From positions 1,147-65,146 of the forward strand of contig CAVGAA010000004.1 in the NCBI GenBank assembly GCA_963627065.1: a stretch of DNA of 64,000 nt, read 5' to 3'. Below the pieces are notes generated by a model. That model was given only the letters and a program-made list of their open reading frames with translations. It was not told where the DNA came from and did not search any database. Source of the DNA: a bacterium (GTDB lineage: Bacteria; Bacillota; Clostridia; Oscillospirales; CAG-272). Shown here one piece after another: positions 24,090 through 32,539 of the stretch (the first letter of the stretch is position 1; every line of letters begins with the position of its first letter). The translations under genes and the position numbers were made by a program.

Positions 24090-24764
24090 TTACAAGCTGT
24101 TATAAGATAGCATACAGATGAGCCAACCAAGAACTGAAATGTAGCAGTTGACAAGACCGATAATACCGAAAACCAATGTCGAAACAGGTCTTGGGAGATT
24201 TTCTCTTCCACATTTCCGAAAAATCCGAATCGACTTGATGCCGAGTATCAATGCCACTACAAAGACAATCGGGAATAGAAGGAACGCCGACCAATTGTAA
24301 AAGCACAAAACGATAAAGGAGCAAATGCTTGCAAGAAAAGAGCCGAATGCAATTCCGAAGCCTTGCATTTTTCCGCTCGGTGCGGTCGGTTGAGCATTTT
24401 TCGCTACCGTCGTTGTTAGCGGTTCGGGCTTGTTTACAAAGGCAAATTGCGATTGGATATTGTCGAATTCCGCACTCCCGATTTCGGCACTGCCGATTTC
24501 TGTGCCGTCCGGTTTGGCATTGTCGAATTCCTCATCACCGTATTTGCTCAATATCGCATGACCGTCGTTTGCACTGTTTTCGGCATTTCCGTCAAACTGA
24601 AATTCTTTCGTGACGGTTCTGATCGGTTTACCGTCCTTGTCGAGCAGAGGCGTAAGTTTGTCGGCGGTATGCAAATAATTGACACCGGTTTCTTTGTCAC
24701 GCAGAATTTCGATGTTTGCAGGCATCCCCTGCGTGTAAATCACATCAAAACGTTTATCTGTCAT
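24090..24764 (-). CDS. Membrane protein with a small soluble N-terminal head (possibly DUF6440-like) and a C-terminal multi-TM module
   Basis: 224 aa. The N-terminus reads RFDVIYTQGMPANIEILRDKETGVNYLHTADKLTPLLDKDGKPI. There is an internal EIGSAEIGSAEFDN duplication. The C-terminal TM module (RPVSTLVFGIIGLV) is paralogous to that of the next gene. Confidence 0.55.
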   Translation of the reverse strand: MTDKRFDVIYTQGMPANIEILRDKETGVNYLHTADKLTPLLDKDGKPIRTVTKEFQFDGNAENSANDGHAILSKYGDEEFDNAKPDGTEIGSAEIGSAEFDNIQSQFAFVNKPEPLTTTVAKNAQPTAPSGKMQGFGIAFGSFLASICSFIVLCFYNWSAFLLFPIVFVVALILGIKSIRIFRKCGRENLPRPVSTLVFGIIGLVNCYISVLGWLICMLSYNSL

Positions 24765-24866
24765 TTTTGTCCGTGTTCTCTCCTTTCGATTTTTCGGTTT
24801 CCATTTTGTCTGCTTTGTTTTGCTTTTTGCTATCGATAACGATGCCGACGGCAGTGCCTCTGCCGA

Positions 24867-25409
24867 TTAAACGAGAGCAAGGACCGTAATGAGAGATGCC
24901 AAGAAATAGACAATGGTTGTCGCACTCATCACGCAGGCAATGATTCCGAGTACCAAAGTGGACACCGGTTTGACTTTTCCTGCGTTTTTGTTGTTGATGA
25001 AAAGTTTAATGGACAGAATTCCGTTCCGAATGCTGAATACGAGGGCAACCATAAACGGGAGCGAGGAAAGCAGAAATCCGATGACGTTTCCGACTCCGTT
25101 CGCCACGACCTGACGAACAACGAAAATGAGATTGGTCAATTCAACGATTGAAAAGACCGCTTGGCTGACGATTGCCGATGCCAATGCACGATTGAAGCCG
25201 TCCATTCTGCTCCCTTTGTCGTCGGGGGTGCTGAAATTGATTTTTTCGACATTTTCGTTTTCGAAACGGTTGTCCGTGTTGCCGGAGTTGTCATTCTGGT
25301 TCGACTCCGCCTGCTTTGACGTATCAAAGAGCAGTTCCGCATTGCGACAGTCTTCGCAAAGGCTTTCGTCCGAGTCGATTTTCTTTCCGCATTTTGTACA
25401 GTAAGGCAT
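24867..25409 (-). CDS. Zinc-ribbon membrane protein, paralogous in its TM module to 24090-24764
   Basis: 180 aa. The N-terminus is MPYCTKCGKKIDSDESLCEDC. The C-terminal TM module contains KPVSTLVLGIIACV. Confidence 0.55.
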   Translation of the reverse strand: MPYCTKCGKKIDSDESLCEDCRNAELLFDTSKQAESNQNDNSGNTDNRFENENVEKINFSTPDDKGSRMDGFNRALASAIVSQAVFSIVELTNLIFVVRQVVANGVGNVIGFLLSSLPFMVALVFSIRNGILSIKLFINNKNAGKVKPVSTLVLGIIACVMSATTIVYFLASLITVLALV

Positions 25410-25439
25410 AAGTTTATCTCCTTTTATTTTTTTGCCCGA

Positions 25440-26393
25440 TTATATTTCGGGTTGATTTTCCTTTAAGAATTCTTCGATTGTGCCGTCATATTTTTCTACG
25501 GCATTGATTCGCACGTGAGAGTGAATTCCCTTTTCGAACCACACAATTTGTTTTTTCTCCGAACCGCATTTTTCATACATTTGCCCGATGTCCGCCGGTG
25601 TGGAGTAGATGTCCTCTTTGCTGTAAAGGAAGAGCATCGGCTTTTTCATCTCTCCGATACAGTTGACGGGGCTGTATTTTTTCGGATTTTTACCGGACAC
25701 CAGTTTGATGAGCAGTAAAATAATTTCCGTTGTGGGTTGCGGTGCGTGTTTCCGCTCTTTGATGCGTTTTTCAAGCATATCGCCGAAATGCAGGTACATT
25801 CCGTCATTTGTAAGCCCTGCAAGATAGTCAGGGGCGTCTTTTGCCGTGAGAGCATTGAGTGCCGTTGCCGAGCCGATGCAGATTCCGTGAAACCAAACGG
25901 ATTTGACATGGCATTCGTCATGCAGAAACGCCGACCATTTGAGCAAGTCCCGATATTCGAGCATACCGACCGTGTTGTAACGTCCTTCCGACAGACCGTG
26001 CGAACGGTTGTCGATTGCCAAAACATTATAGCCCATTTTGCGGTAGGGTTCTGCGAAATAGTAAGAATAAACGCAGGTTTCCATTCGCCCCGATACGATA
26101 ATCACGGCACGGTCACAACCGAAATCGAAGTATTCTCCGACCAGTTTAAAGCCGTCACTCGTGACCGACACCTGCCGATGAAAGTCTTTGTACTTTTCGC
26201 CCCACTCCTCGCCGAGAGCGAACATTCTTTTCTGTTCCTCATTGTCCCAACTGCAATTGCGTGACCACTTTTCCGGTTTGGTCCTGACCAAGAGAATTTT
26301 GAAAATGACTATCGGAACAATCACACAATTGACGAGAAGACAGGAGAACAGTACAAAACCGACAATTCCCAATATGATATAAAGTGCCGTCAT
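25440..26393 (-). CDS. Membrane-anchored alpha/beta hydrolase with Cys at the nucleophile elbow
   Basis: 317 aa with an N-terminal TM segment. The elbow reads FHGICIGSA, with the Cys codon at 25878-25880. This aligns with LHGVSMGAT in the paralog at 30361-31287. Asp-like (SKEDIY) and His-like (GIHSH) positions are conserved. Confidence 0.65.
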   Translation of the reverse strand: MTALYIILGIVGFVLFSCLLVNCVIVPIVIFKILLVRTKPEKWSRNCSWDNEEQKRMFALGEEWGEKYKDFHRQVSVTSDGFKLVGEYFDFGCDRAVIIVSGRMETCVYSYYFAEPYRKMGYNVLAIDNRSHGLSEGRYNTVGMLEYRDLLKWSAFLHDECHVKSVWFHGICIGSATALNALTAKDAPDYLAGLTNDGMYLHFGDMLEKRIKERKHAPQPTTEIILLLIKLVSGKNPKKYSPVNCIGEMKKPMLFLYSKEDIYSTPADIGQMYEKCGSEKKQIVWFEKGIHSHVRINAVEKYDGTIEEFLKENQPEI

Positions 26394-26401
26394 TTTTCCT
26401 C

Positions 26402-28048
26402 CTACACGATGCCGACAATTACGTCATAGATTTGTTGCCCGCCGTCAAGGAATTCTCGGTCCATATCGGAAAATTCCGTGTCCAGTGCCTTGTCGATTTT
26501 CTCCTCGGCATCGGCAGTCAGGTTTGAACCTCGCAGGAGGACAAAAGAGCCTTTTTCGGCGATATCGGGAATGGCTTTTACCGCCTCGACCAGTGCGGTT
26601 TCGATGTTTTGGCTTGCCGAGATGAGCTTTGAACCGATAAAGCCGATATAGTCACCGCATTTGCAGGAAAATGTGAAATTTTGATAATCCTTTATAGCCT
26701 TTGCAACGTAAACCGTTGTAATGCTTTCCGCTCCGTCCCGCATCGCCCCGATTCGTTCGTCCGTGTCTTCGATGTCGGGGGAACCGAGTGCCAATGCGTA
26801 GTACCCCTCCATAACCGATTTGGTTTCGAGGACCGTGACGTTTGAAAGTCCACAGACCTCCCCTGCCTGCCGTGCCGTCTGAATGATGTTGCGGTTATTC
26901 GGCAGGACGACGATGCGGTCGGCATCAAACGATTCAAAAGCGTTGACGAAATCTTCCGACGGCGGATTCATGGACTGTCCCCCACGCAGAACAATGTCAC
27001 ATCCGCACCCCGTGAGAATGTCCGAAATGCCGTCCCCGTCCGCCACGGCGACCACGGCAAGTTTTTTGTGTACCCGCTCTTTTTTCTTTGCTTGGTTTGC
27101 GATGAATTCGTTGTGTTGCATCTGCATATTTTCGAGTTTGAAGGTTACGAATTCGCCGTAACGCCTTGCAAATTCCATGACTTTTTCGGGGCAGAATGTG
27201 TGAATATGCACTTTGACGATGCCGTCACTTTCAAGGGCGACGAGCGATGTTCCCATACCGGTTAATGTGCCGATGAACGGTTGGATTTCGAAGTCTATCG
27301 CCTGCCGTTCTTTGTCGGTGAGTTGCAGGAGAAATTCCATACAGTAGCCGTACTCAAACGTTGCGTTTGTCGGTATATTCGGTTGTGCCGATACCGTTTC
27401 GCTTGCGATATCCGTGCCTTTTTTCGGCAGAATTTCTTCACCGTACATAGTCCGCACCATACCGTCAAAAATTGTGATATATCCGACCGCTCCGCTGTCA
27501 AGGACATTCGCCTCACGCAGGACATCGAGAATTTCGGGGGTATGTTTGACCGATTTTTTCATTTCCGCCAGATACAACGACAGTACCAAGTCGCAGGTTA
27601 TTCCGTGCCGGATCTGCGGAAGAATGTTTTCGATTCCCTCACGTGCGACCGTGAGGAGCGTGCCTTCCACCGGATGAATGACGGCTGAATATGCCGTTTT
27701 GTAGGCTCTGATGAGTGCGTTTCGCATCTCCCCCGCATCGACGATGCCGTCATCCGCAAGTTCCTCCGCTATCCCCCTGAACAACTGCGAGAGAATGACA
27801 CCGGAGTTTCCTCTTGCCCCCAAGAGCATACCGTGGCTCAACTGCTTGATATACCGACCGAAATGCTTGTCCGATTTGGCGTGTTCAATGCCGTTTTCGA
27901 GCGTTCTCCGCATATTGAAACCTGTATCGCCGTCCGGTACGGGAAAGATATTCATTTCGTTGATTTCTTTCTCGTGGTTGCAAAGATTTGTGAAACCGCC
28001 TCTTACCATGGCTTCAAAAATCTGCCCGTTCAATCTTTGTAGTCTCAT
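26402..28048 (-). CDS. fakA: DAK2-domain protein of the YloV/FakA type (fatty-acid kinase catalytic subunit-like)
   Basis: 548 aa. It carries the Dak2 signature FPVPDGDTGFNMRRTLENG. Length and architecture are typical of FakA/YloV. A DegV gene lies in the same operon. Confidence 0.65.
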   Translation of the reverse strand: MRLQRLNGQIFEAMVRGGFTNLCNHEKEINEMNIFPVPDGDTGFNMRRTLENGIEHAKSDKHFGRYIKQLSHGMLLGARGNSGVILSQLFRGIAEELADDGIVDAGEMRNALIRAYKTAYSAVIHPVEGTLLTVAREGIENILPQIRHGITCDLVLSLYLAEMKKSVKHTPEILDVLREANVLDSGAVGYITIFDGMVRTMYGEEILPKKGTDIASETVSAQPNIPTNATFEYGYCMEFLLQLTDKERQAIDFEIQPFIGTLTGMGTSLVALESDGIVKVHIHTFCPEKVMEFARRYGEFVTFKLENMQMQHNEFIANQAKKKERVHKKLAVVAVADGDGISDILTGCGCDIVLRGGQSMNPPSEDFVNAFESFDADRIVVLPNNRNIIQTARQAGEVCGLSNVTVLETKSVMEGYYALALGSPDIEDTDERIGAMRDGAESITTVYVAKAIKDYQNFTFSCKCGDYIGFIGSKLISASQNIETALVEAVKAIPDIAEKGSFVLLRGSNLTADAEEKIDKALDTEFSDMDREFLDGGQQIYDVIVGIV

Positions 28049-28059
28049 AAATCGTCCGT

Positions 28060-29415
28060 TTAACCGTTCTTTTTAATTTCTTTTCTTATATCTTCTTGGC
28101 TCTTATCTTCTTTTCCGAGTACCACGATTGAATGCGGTAAAATGAATGTAAATGCGAATGCGACAAGGCAACCGACAGCCGAAATCAAAGTCATAAAAAT
28201 GATTTTGTCTGCCGTTTTGAGTGCCGTTAAGACAACGCCGGTCGCAAGCCCCGAGAACACGCCCGAGAAGAGTCCCTGCACCGCAAAATACATTGCCGAG
28301 TGCGAAATGCCCGTCCGCTTTTCGTCGTCTGCGGCAAGTTGGGAGGGAATGGAGTAGGCAACCGAAAAGATAGCACCGACCGCAAAGGAGCAGATAAGAC
28401 CGCCGACAATGCCGAGTACTTTTTTAGCCGTATCGCTCGGAATAAACGCAAAACCGAAGAGTGCCGCCATTGCAGAAGCGAAAATCAGGAGGACATACTG
28501 AATTGCGAAACGGAAGCCTTTTTTGCGGATGAGGTAGTTATAAAGCATTAGGGTAAGCGGAACAGGTCCGAACGCCGCAACCATTACGAGCATCATACTC
28601 ATACCGGTTTTGGAGAAATACTCGTTGATACCGCCGAGATAGAGTTGCACGCCGAAGGTCAGGAAGGAATAAACGACCATCCAGCAGATGAAATCTTTGT
28701 CTTTCAATGTATAGACGAGCGATTTGACGATGTTGACCGATTTCCCGCTTGATTCGCTGTTTTTGGTGGACGGCTCTTTGATGAGGAACATCGGAATGAG
28801 CATAAAGAGAACGAGGGGCAAAGTCACCATGGCGACTTTGCGAATGTTCATACCGTTCAGCATCACGCCGACCAACACATAACCGATGATAAAGTAAACA
28901 ATGTCGCAGACCGATTTGACGTTGGAAATGAAGTTTCTGTCCTGCTCGTTGTCGACAATTTCTGTGAATGTTGCGTAATAACTGACAAGCGTTAACGTGT
29001 AGGAGCAGTAGAAAATGCAGAGCATCACGCCGTAGTAAACCGTGTTGAGAACGGTTGCCCCGTCCTGCGGTGTAAAGAGGGTGAATGCGACAAAGGATGC
29101 GACAACCGCCACCAGTCCTGCGAGAATGGTCGGTCTACGCCGTCCCCAGCGGGATTTGAGGTTATCGGTTAAGGTTGCCATAGGAATGTCGATGATGCCG
29201 TCAATGATTTTTGCAACGAGTGCAAAGACCGCCCAAATGCCTGCAATGACCAGATTTTTGCCCGCAAAAGTTTGATTTGCAATTGCCTCCGCACCGAAAC
29301 CGTCCGCAATCAATGCGGAACAGAGATACGAACCCATCATCAGATTGAGAAAGTTTACCCCAATCGCCGAACATGCATAGAGGAGCATTTTCCCTCTGCT
29401 TCTTAAAACTCTCAT
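28060..29415 (-). CDS. MFS transporter of the GPH/MelB-like (MFS_2) branch
   Basis: 451 aa with about 12 hydrophobic segments. The GPH signature is TLTDNLKSRWGRRRPTILAG. Confidence 0.7.
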   Translation of the reverse strand: MRVLRSRGKMLLYACSAIGVNFLNLMMGSYLCSALIADGFGAEAIANQTFAGKNLVIAGIWAVFALVAKIIDGIIDIPMATLTDNLKSRWGRRRPTILAGLVAVVASFVAFTLFTPQDGATVLNTVYYGVMLCIFYCSYTLTLVSYYATFTEIVDNEQDRNFISNVKSVCDIVYFIIGYVLVGVMLNGMNIRKVAMVTLPLVLFMLIPMFLIKEPSTKNSESSGKSVNIVKSLVYTLKDKDFICWMVVYSFLTFGVQLYLGGINEYFSKTGMSMMLVMVAAFGPVPLTLMLYNYLIRKKGFRFAIQYVLLIFASAMAALFGFAFIPSDTAKKVLGIVGGLICSFAVGAIFSVAYSIPSQLAADDEKRTGISHSAMYFAVQGLFSGVFSGLATGVVLTALKTADKIIFMTLISAVGCLVAFAFTFILPHSIVVLGKEDKSQEDIRKEIKKNG

Positions 29416-29429
29416 TGTATTATCCTCTC

Positions 29430-30356
29430 TTATTTGAGTAATTCGGTCAAAATTTTTCTTTCTTCGTCCAATCCGACGGAAATCGGTTTTCCGAGGTAGT
29501 ATGCCGCCATAAGTCCCGGACCGACGTTGATTCCGCAGGACGGATACACACTGTTCATATACAGTTTTTTGGGGTGAATTTCCTTTTCAATCAGTTCTCT
29601 GTAAATCTCCGCTTGCTTTTTGCGGTCGGAAGTCGCAATTAAAATAATTTGGTCTTCCGGATTTTCAATCGTGCGTTTGATATACTCGATGAGAACTTTG
29701 AACCCCTGCTTTTCGCCTTTCGCTTTTGCAAGAGCCGTTGTCAAGCCGTTATAGTCGAATTCCCCTATCGGTTTGACTCCCGCCAAAGTGCCGAAAAGTG
29801 CTTTTGCGTGACTGATTCTGCCTTTCTTTGCGACAAAGGACAACTCGTCCAGCCAACCTGCCTGATGAATGCGGTTTTTATTCTGCTCCAACCAATCGGC
29901 GACCTCATCAACGTCCTTTCCCTCACTCCGCAGAATCGATGCATAAATTGCCATAAGCCCGCAACCGGAACTGAACCGTCTGGAATCGATGCAACGGATA
30001 CGGATATTCGGATATTTTTCCGCCGTGGCGTCGCAGGCATTTTTGACAAAGTTATATGTTCCCGAAAGTTGCGACGAAATGGTCAGTGTGAGAATGTCAA
30101 TGCCCTTTTCTGCGTAAGACTTGAAAATTTCACAGCACTCATCGGTGTTCGGGGGCGATGTGGAAAAATCGTTCGGGTGTGCTTTGAGTTGCTTGTAAAA
30201 CTCCTCCGAGGACATATCGCCCCAGTCCAAGAATCCCGGGGTTTCGTGTCCGTCCGGAAACCGCAGATGTCCGTTGAGAAAGCCGATATTGAACTCCGCA
30301 CGCAGAGCATCGCTCAGGTCGCAGGTAACGTCCGGTAAAATTACAAAATCTCGCAT
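29430..30356 (-). CDS. fakB: DegV-family fatty-acid-binding protein (FakB-like)
   Basis: 308 aa. The N-terminus is FVILPDVTCDLSD. The layout is DegV-like and includes IDSRRFSSGCGLMAIYA. Confidence 0.65.
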   Translation of the reverse strand: MRDFVILPDVTCDLSDALRAEFNIGFLNGHLRFPDGHETPGFLDWGDMSSEEFYKQLKAHPNDFSTSPPNTDECCEIFKSYAEKGIDILTLTISSQLSGTYNFVKNACDATAEKYPNIRIRCIDSRRFSSGCGLMAIYASILRSEGKDVDEVADWLEQNKNRIHQAGWLDELSFVAKKGRISHAKALFGTLAGVKPIGEFDYNGLTTALAKAKGEKQGFKVLIEYIKRTIENPEDQIILIATSDRKKQAEIYRELIEKEIHPKKLYMNSVYPSCGINVGPGLMAAYYLGKPISVGLDEERKILTELLK

Positions 30357-30360
30357 TTTT

Positions 30361-31287
30361 TCACTCTCCTATAAATTGAAATATTTTTTGTCTGATTTCA
30401 GGACCGCCGAGAATTGTCGACACCGCATGACCGGCACTCTCAACGATGTACAATTCTTTGCGTGACGAACAAGCATCGTAATTCGCCATACTGTGTTCCT
30501 TTGTGACAACGTCATCTTCCGCTCCGTGCAGAAAGAGGCAGGGAATTTTCGACCTCGACAGATGCGTTTGCGTTTGCTCCTCCGGTTTCACCTCACCGAA
30601 CCGTTTGCCAAGATGCAAGCCGATTTTGAAGAGCCATTTCGGCAGATGTTGGTATTTTCCGAGACTTTCTCCAAGTCCCCGCAACGATGTAAAACCGCAG
30701 TCGAGTATCAATGCGGTGACACGTTCGTCCACGATTCTGTCGGATGCCATTGCCAATGCCGTTGCCCCCATGGAAACGCCGTGCAGGACGATTTTCCGAT
30801 AGGGCTTGTCACGGAATTTGTCGAGCCACAAAAGGAAATCTTCGCTTTCCCGATAGCCGTATGTAACGAAATTTCCTTCGCTTTCCCAGTGTGTCCGCTC
30901 CTCAATGAGCAGAATATCATAACCGTGATTTCGATAGTCTTCCCCGACAACGCCGAAGTTGTGCCACGGAACTGCGTGAATGCCGTGACAGAAAATGACA
31001 AGTTTTTCTCCGCCGTTTTCATAAAATCTTGCCGAAAGATTCAAGCCGTCCGCCGATTTACACCAAATTCTCTCATAAGGCAGTGATTCCGCTTTTTCGC
31101 TTGCTTTTTTGATTTCTTCACGGCAGTTGTCGTAATAGTGGTCATGCATGGAAATACGCAACATTTTTTCGGGTTGCATTCGCCTGAAAAATTTGTGAAA
31201 GAAGACCGCAATCACAATCAGAATCGATAACACAAATCCGCCGAGCAGGAGAGCCACCGCCAAGAGAATCCAACTTTGTACCGTCAC
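30361..31287 (-). CDS. Membrane-anchored alpha/beta hydrolase (Ser nucleophile)
   Basis: 308 aa with an N-terminal TM segment. The triad-like elements are GVSMG, LHGAEDDVV and SAGHAV. The GTG start overlaps the upstream stop by 4 nt. Confidence 0.7.
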   Translation of the reverse strand: MTVQSWILLAVALLLGGFVLSILIVIAVFFHKFFRRMQPEKMLRISMHDHYYDNCREEIKKASEKAESLPYERIWCKSADGLNLSARFYENGGEKLVIFCHGIHAVPWHNFGVVGEDYRNHGYDILLIEERTHWESEGNFVTYGYRESEDFLLWLDKFRDKPYRKIVLHGVSMGATALAMASDRIVDERVTALILDCGFTSLRGLGESLGKYQHLPKWLFKIGLHLGKRFGEVKPEEQTQTHLSRSKIPCLFLHGAEDDVVTKEHSMANYDACSSRKELYIVESAGHAVSTILGGPEIRQKIFQFIGE

Positions 31288-32294
31288 AATGTCACCTCCC
31301 CGATGCGAGTTGCCCTGCCGTTCTCAACTAGATAAAGCAGGAGAAACGGAGCAAATTCACCGGACACGGCAAGCAGATAATCGCCTATCGCCAAGTGTTT
31401 GACGTTCTTTCCGTCAAGCGTTATTTCGGCAGGGGCAAAAACGCCTTCGCCTGTTTCTTTATAAACGCTCTCTTTGGCGGTCCAGATCTTCAAAAGGTCT
31501 GTCGGATCGGTTGTGTCTGCACCGATTTTCTTTGCAAATGCAGTGGAAAAGCCGTCTTTTTCGCATTTTTCCTTGAATTTCGAAAGATTTTCAATGTCGA
31601 TTCCGCACGCCCCGTTCGAAACGACGACCGCCACCGTACCGTCCGTATGGGATAAGGAAAATTTGCATTCTTTCGCCGTCCATTTTCCGTATTTCGTCTT
31701 TTTGAATTTCACTTTGTCGGTATCGAGATTCATACCGTCACGGAGTGCGACAAGGAGCAGATTCCACGCATTGATTTTTTGCTTTTTCAGGTCTTCGTTC
31801 CCGATCAGGTCTATTTCTTTTTTGCGTGCGTGGGGCAAATCGGAGTCGGAGATTACCGTATCATCGAAGGAAACATACACCGAAAAGCGAGGTCTGTTCT
31901 GCCATTTTTCACGCAATTTTTCTTCCTGCTCGCTGTATTTTCTGCCGAACGCACACAGATATGCAAAATGTTCGCAATTGTTGTGCAGGATATTATATCC
32001 ACCCTCGCCGAGTTTTGCCCTTGCGTTCTCAACGATTTTTTCGGGTTTGAAAATCGTTTTTTTCTCTTTGCGGTCGGGAATGCCAATTTCGAGAATCCCG
32101 CCCATGAGAAAATCTTCGGCATTCGTCCGCAGGACCGTGACCAGTTCACCTTTGTGTTCCCCCGTATAATAGGACGGCGGGCGACCGAATTGAATGATTT
32201 CGTCGGGCGACACGAAAATGCCGTAATGGTAAACATCGCCGATGCGGACTCGGACAATGTCACCTGCCCTGCACTCCTCGGGTAACCACTTCAA
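31284..32294 (-). CDS. Fusion protein: N-terminal LRAT/PLAAT-like (NlpC/P60 superfamily) domain plus C-terminal Sfp-type 4'-phosphopantetheinyl transferase
   Basis: 336 aa. The N-terminal domain has VYHYGIFV and the family signature NCEHF (31965-31979). The C-terminal domain has LSHTDGTVAVVVSNGACGIDIE and WTAKESVYKETGEG. The start codon is TTG. Confidence 0.65.
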   Translation of the reverse strand: MKWLPEECRAGDIVRVRIGDVYHYGIFVSPDEIIQFGRPPSYYTGEHKGELVTVLRTNAEDFLMGGILEIGIPDRKEKKTIFKPEKIVENARAKLGEGGYNILHNNCEHFAYLCAFGRKYSEQEEKLREKWQNRPRFSVYVSFDDTVISDSDLPHARKKEIDLIGNEDLKKQKINAWNLLLVALRDGMNLDTDKVKFKKTKYGKWTAKECKFSLSHTDGTVAVVVSNGACGIDIENLSKFKEKCEKDGFSTAFAKKIGADTTDPTDLLKIWTAKESVYKETGEGVFAPAEITLDGKNVKHLAIGDYLLAVSGEFAPFLLLYLVENGRATRIGEVTL

Positions 32295-32539
32295 CGCAGT
32301 TTCTCCGTTATGAAGTCAACGACTTCGCCGACCGTTTCAAAAGGCTTTTCGTTGTCAAAAACGATGCCGAAAGTTTCTTCGACCGCTATGACCAGATAGA
32401 GCATTCCGACCGAAGACAAGCCGAGGTCTGTCAACAGTTTGGTGCTGTCGGTGGCATTTTCAAACTTGTCACGGTTCTTTGCGTCCATTCCGATAAGAAC
32501 ACTTTTCAACTTTTCGTATATTTCGTCCCTTGTCAACAT
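32291..32539 (-). CDS. Stand-alone acyl carrier protein
   Basis: 82 aa. The carrier fold signature is LLTDLGLSSVGMLYLVIAVEETF, with a Ser attachment site. Confidence 0.7.
   Translation of the reverse strand: MLTRDEIYEKLKSVLIGMDAKNRDKFENATDSTKLLTDLGLSSVGMLYLVIAVEETFGIVFDNEKPFETVGEVVDFITEKLR

Noticed and set aside
1459-24100. The operon as cargo of a mobile element (prophage, ICE or transposon)
   Set aside because: There is no integrase, transposase, recombinase or tRNA gene, and I found no convincing flanking direct repeats. The only candidate is the weak similarity between TATAGGCAAAT boxes on the left and TTATAAGGCAAC at 24022-24033, which needs an indel. I could not compute a GC shift. 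Horizontal origin remains possible but is unsupported here.
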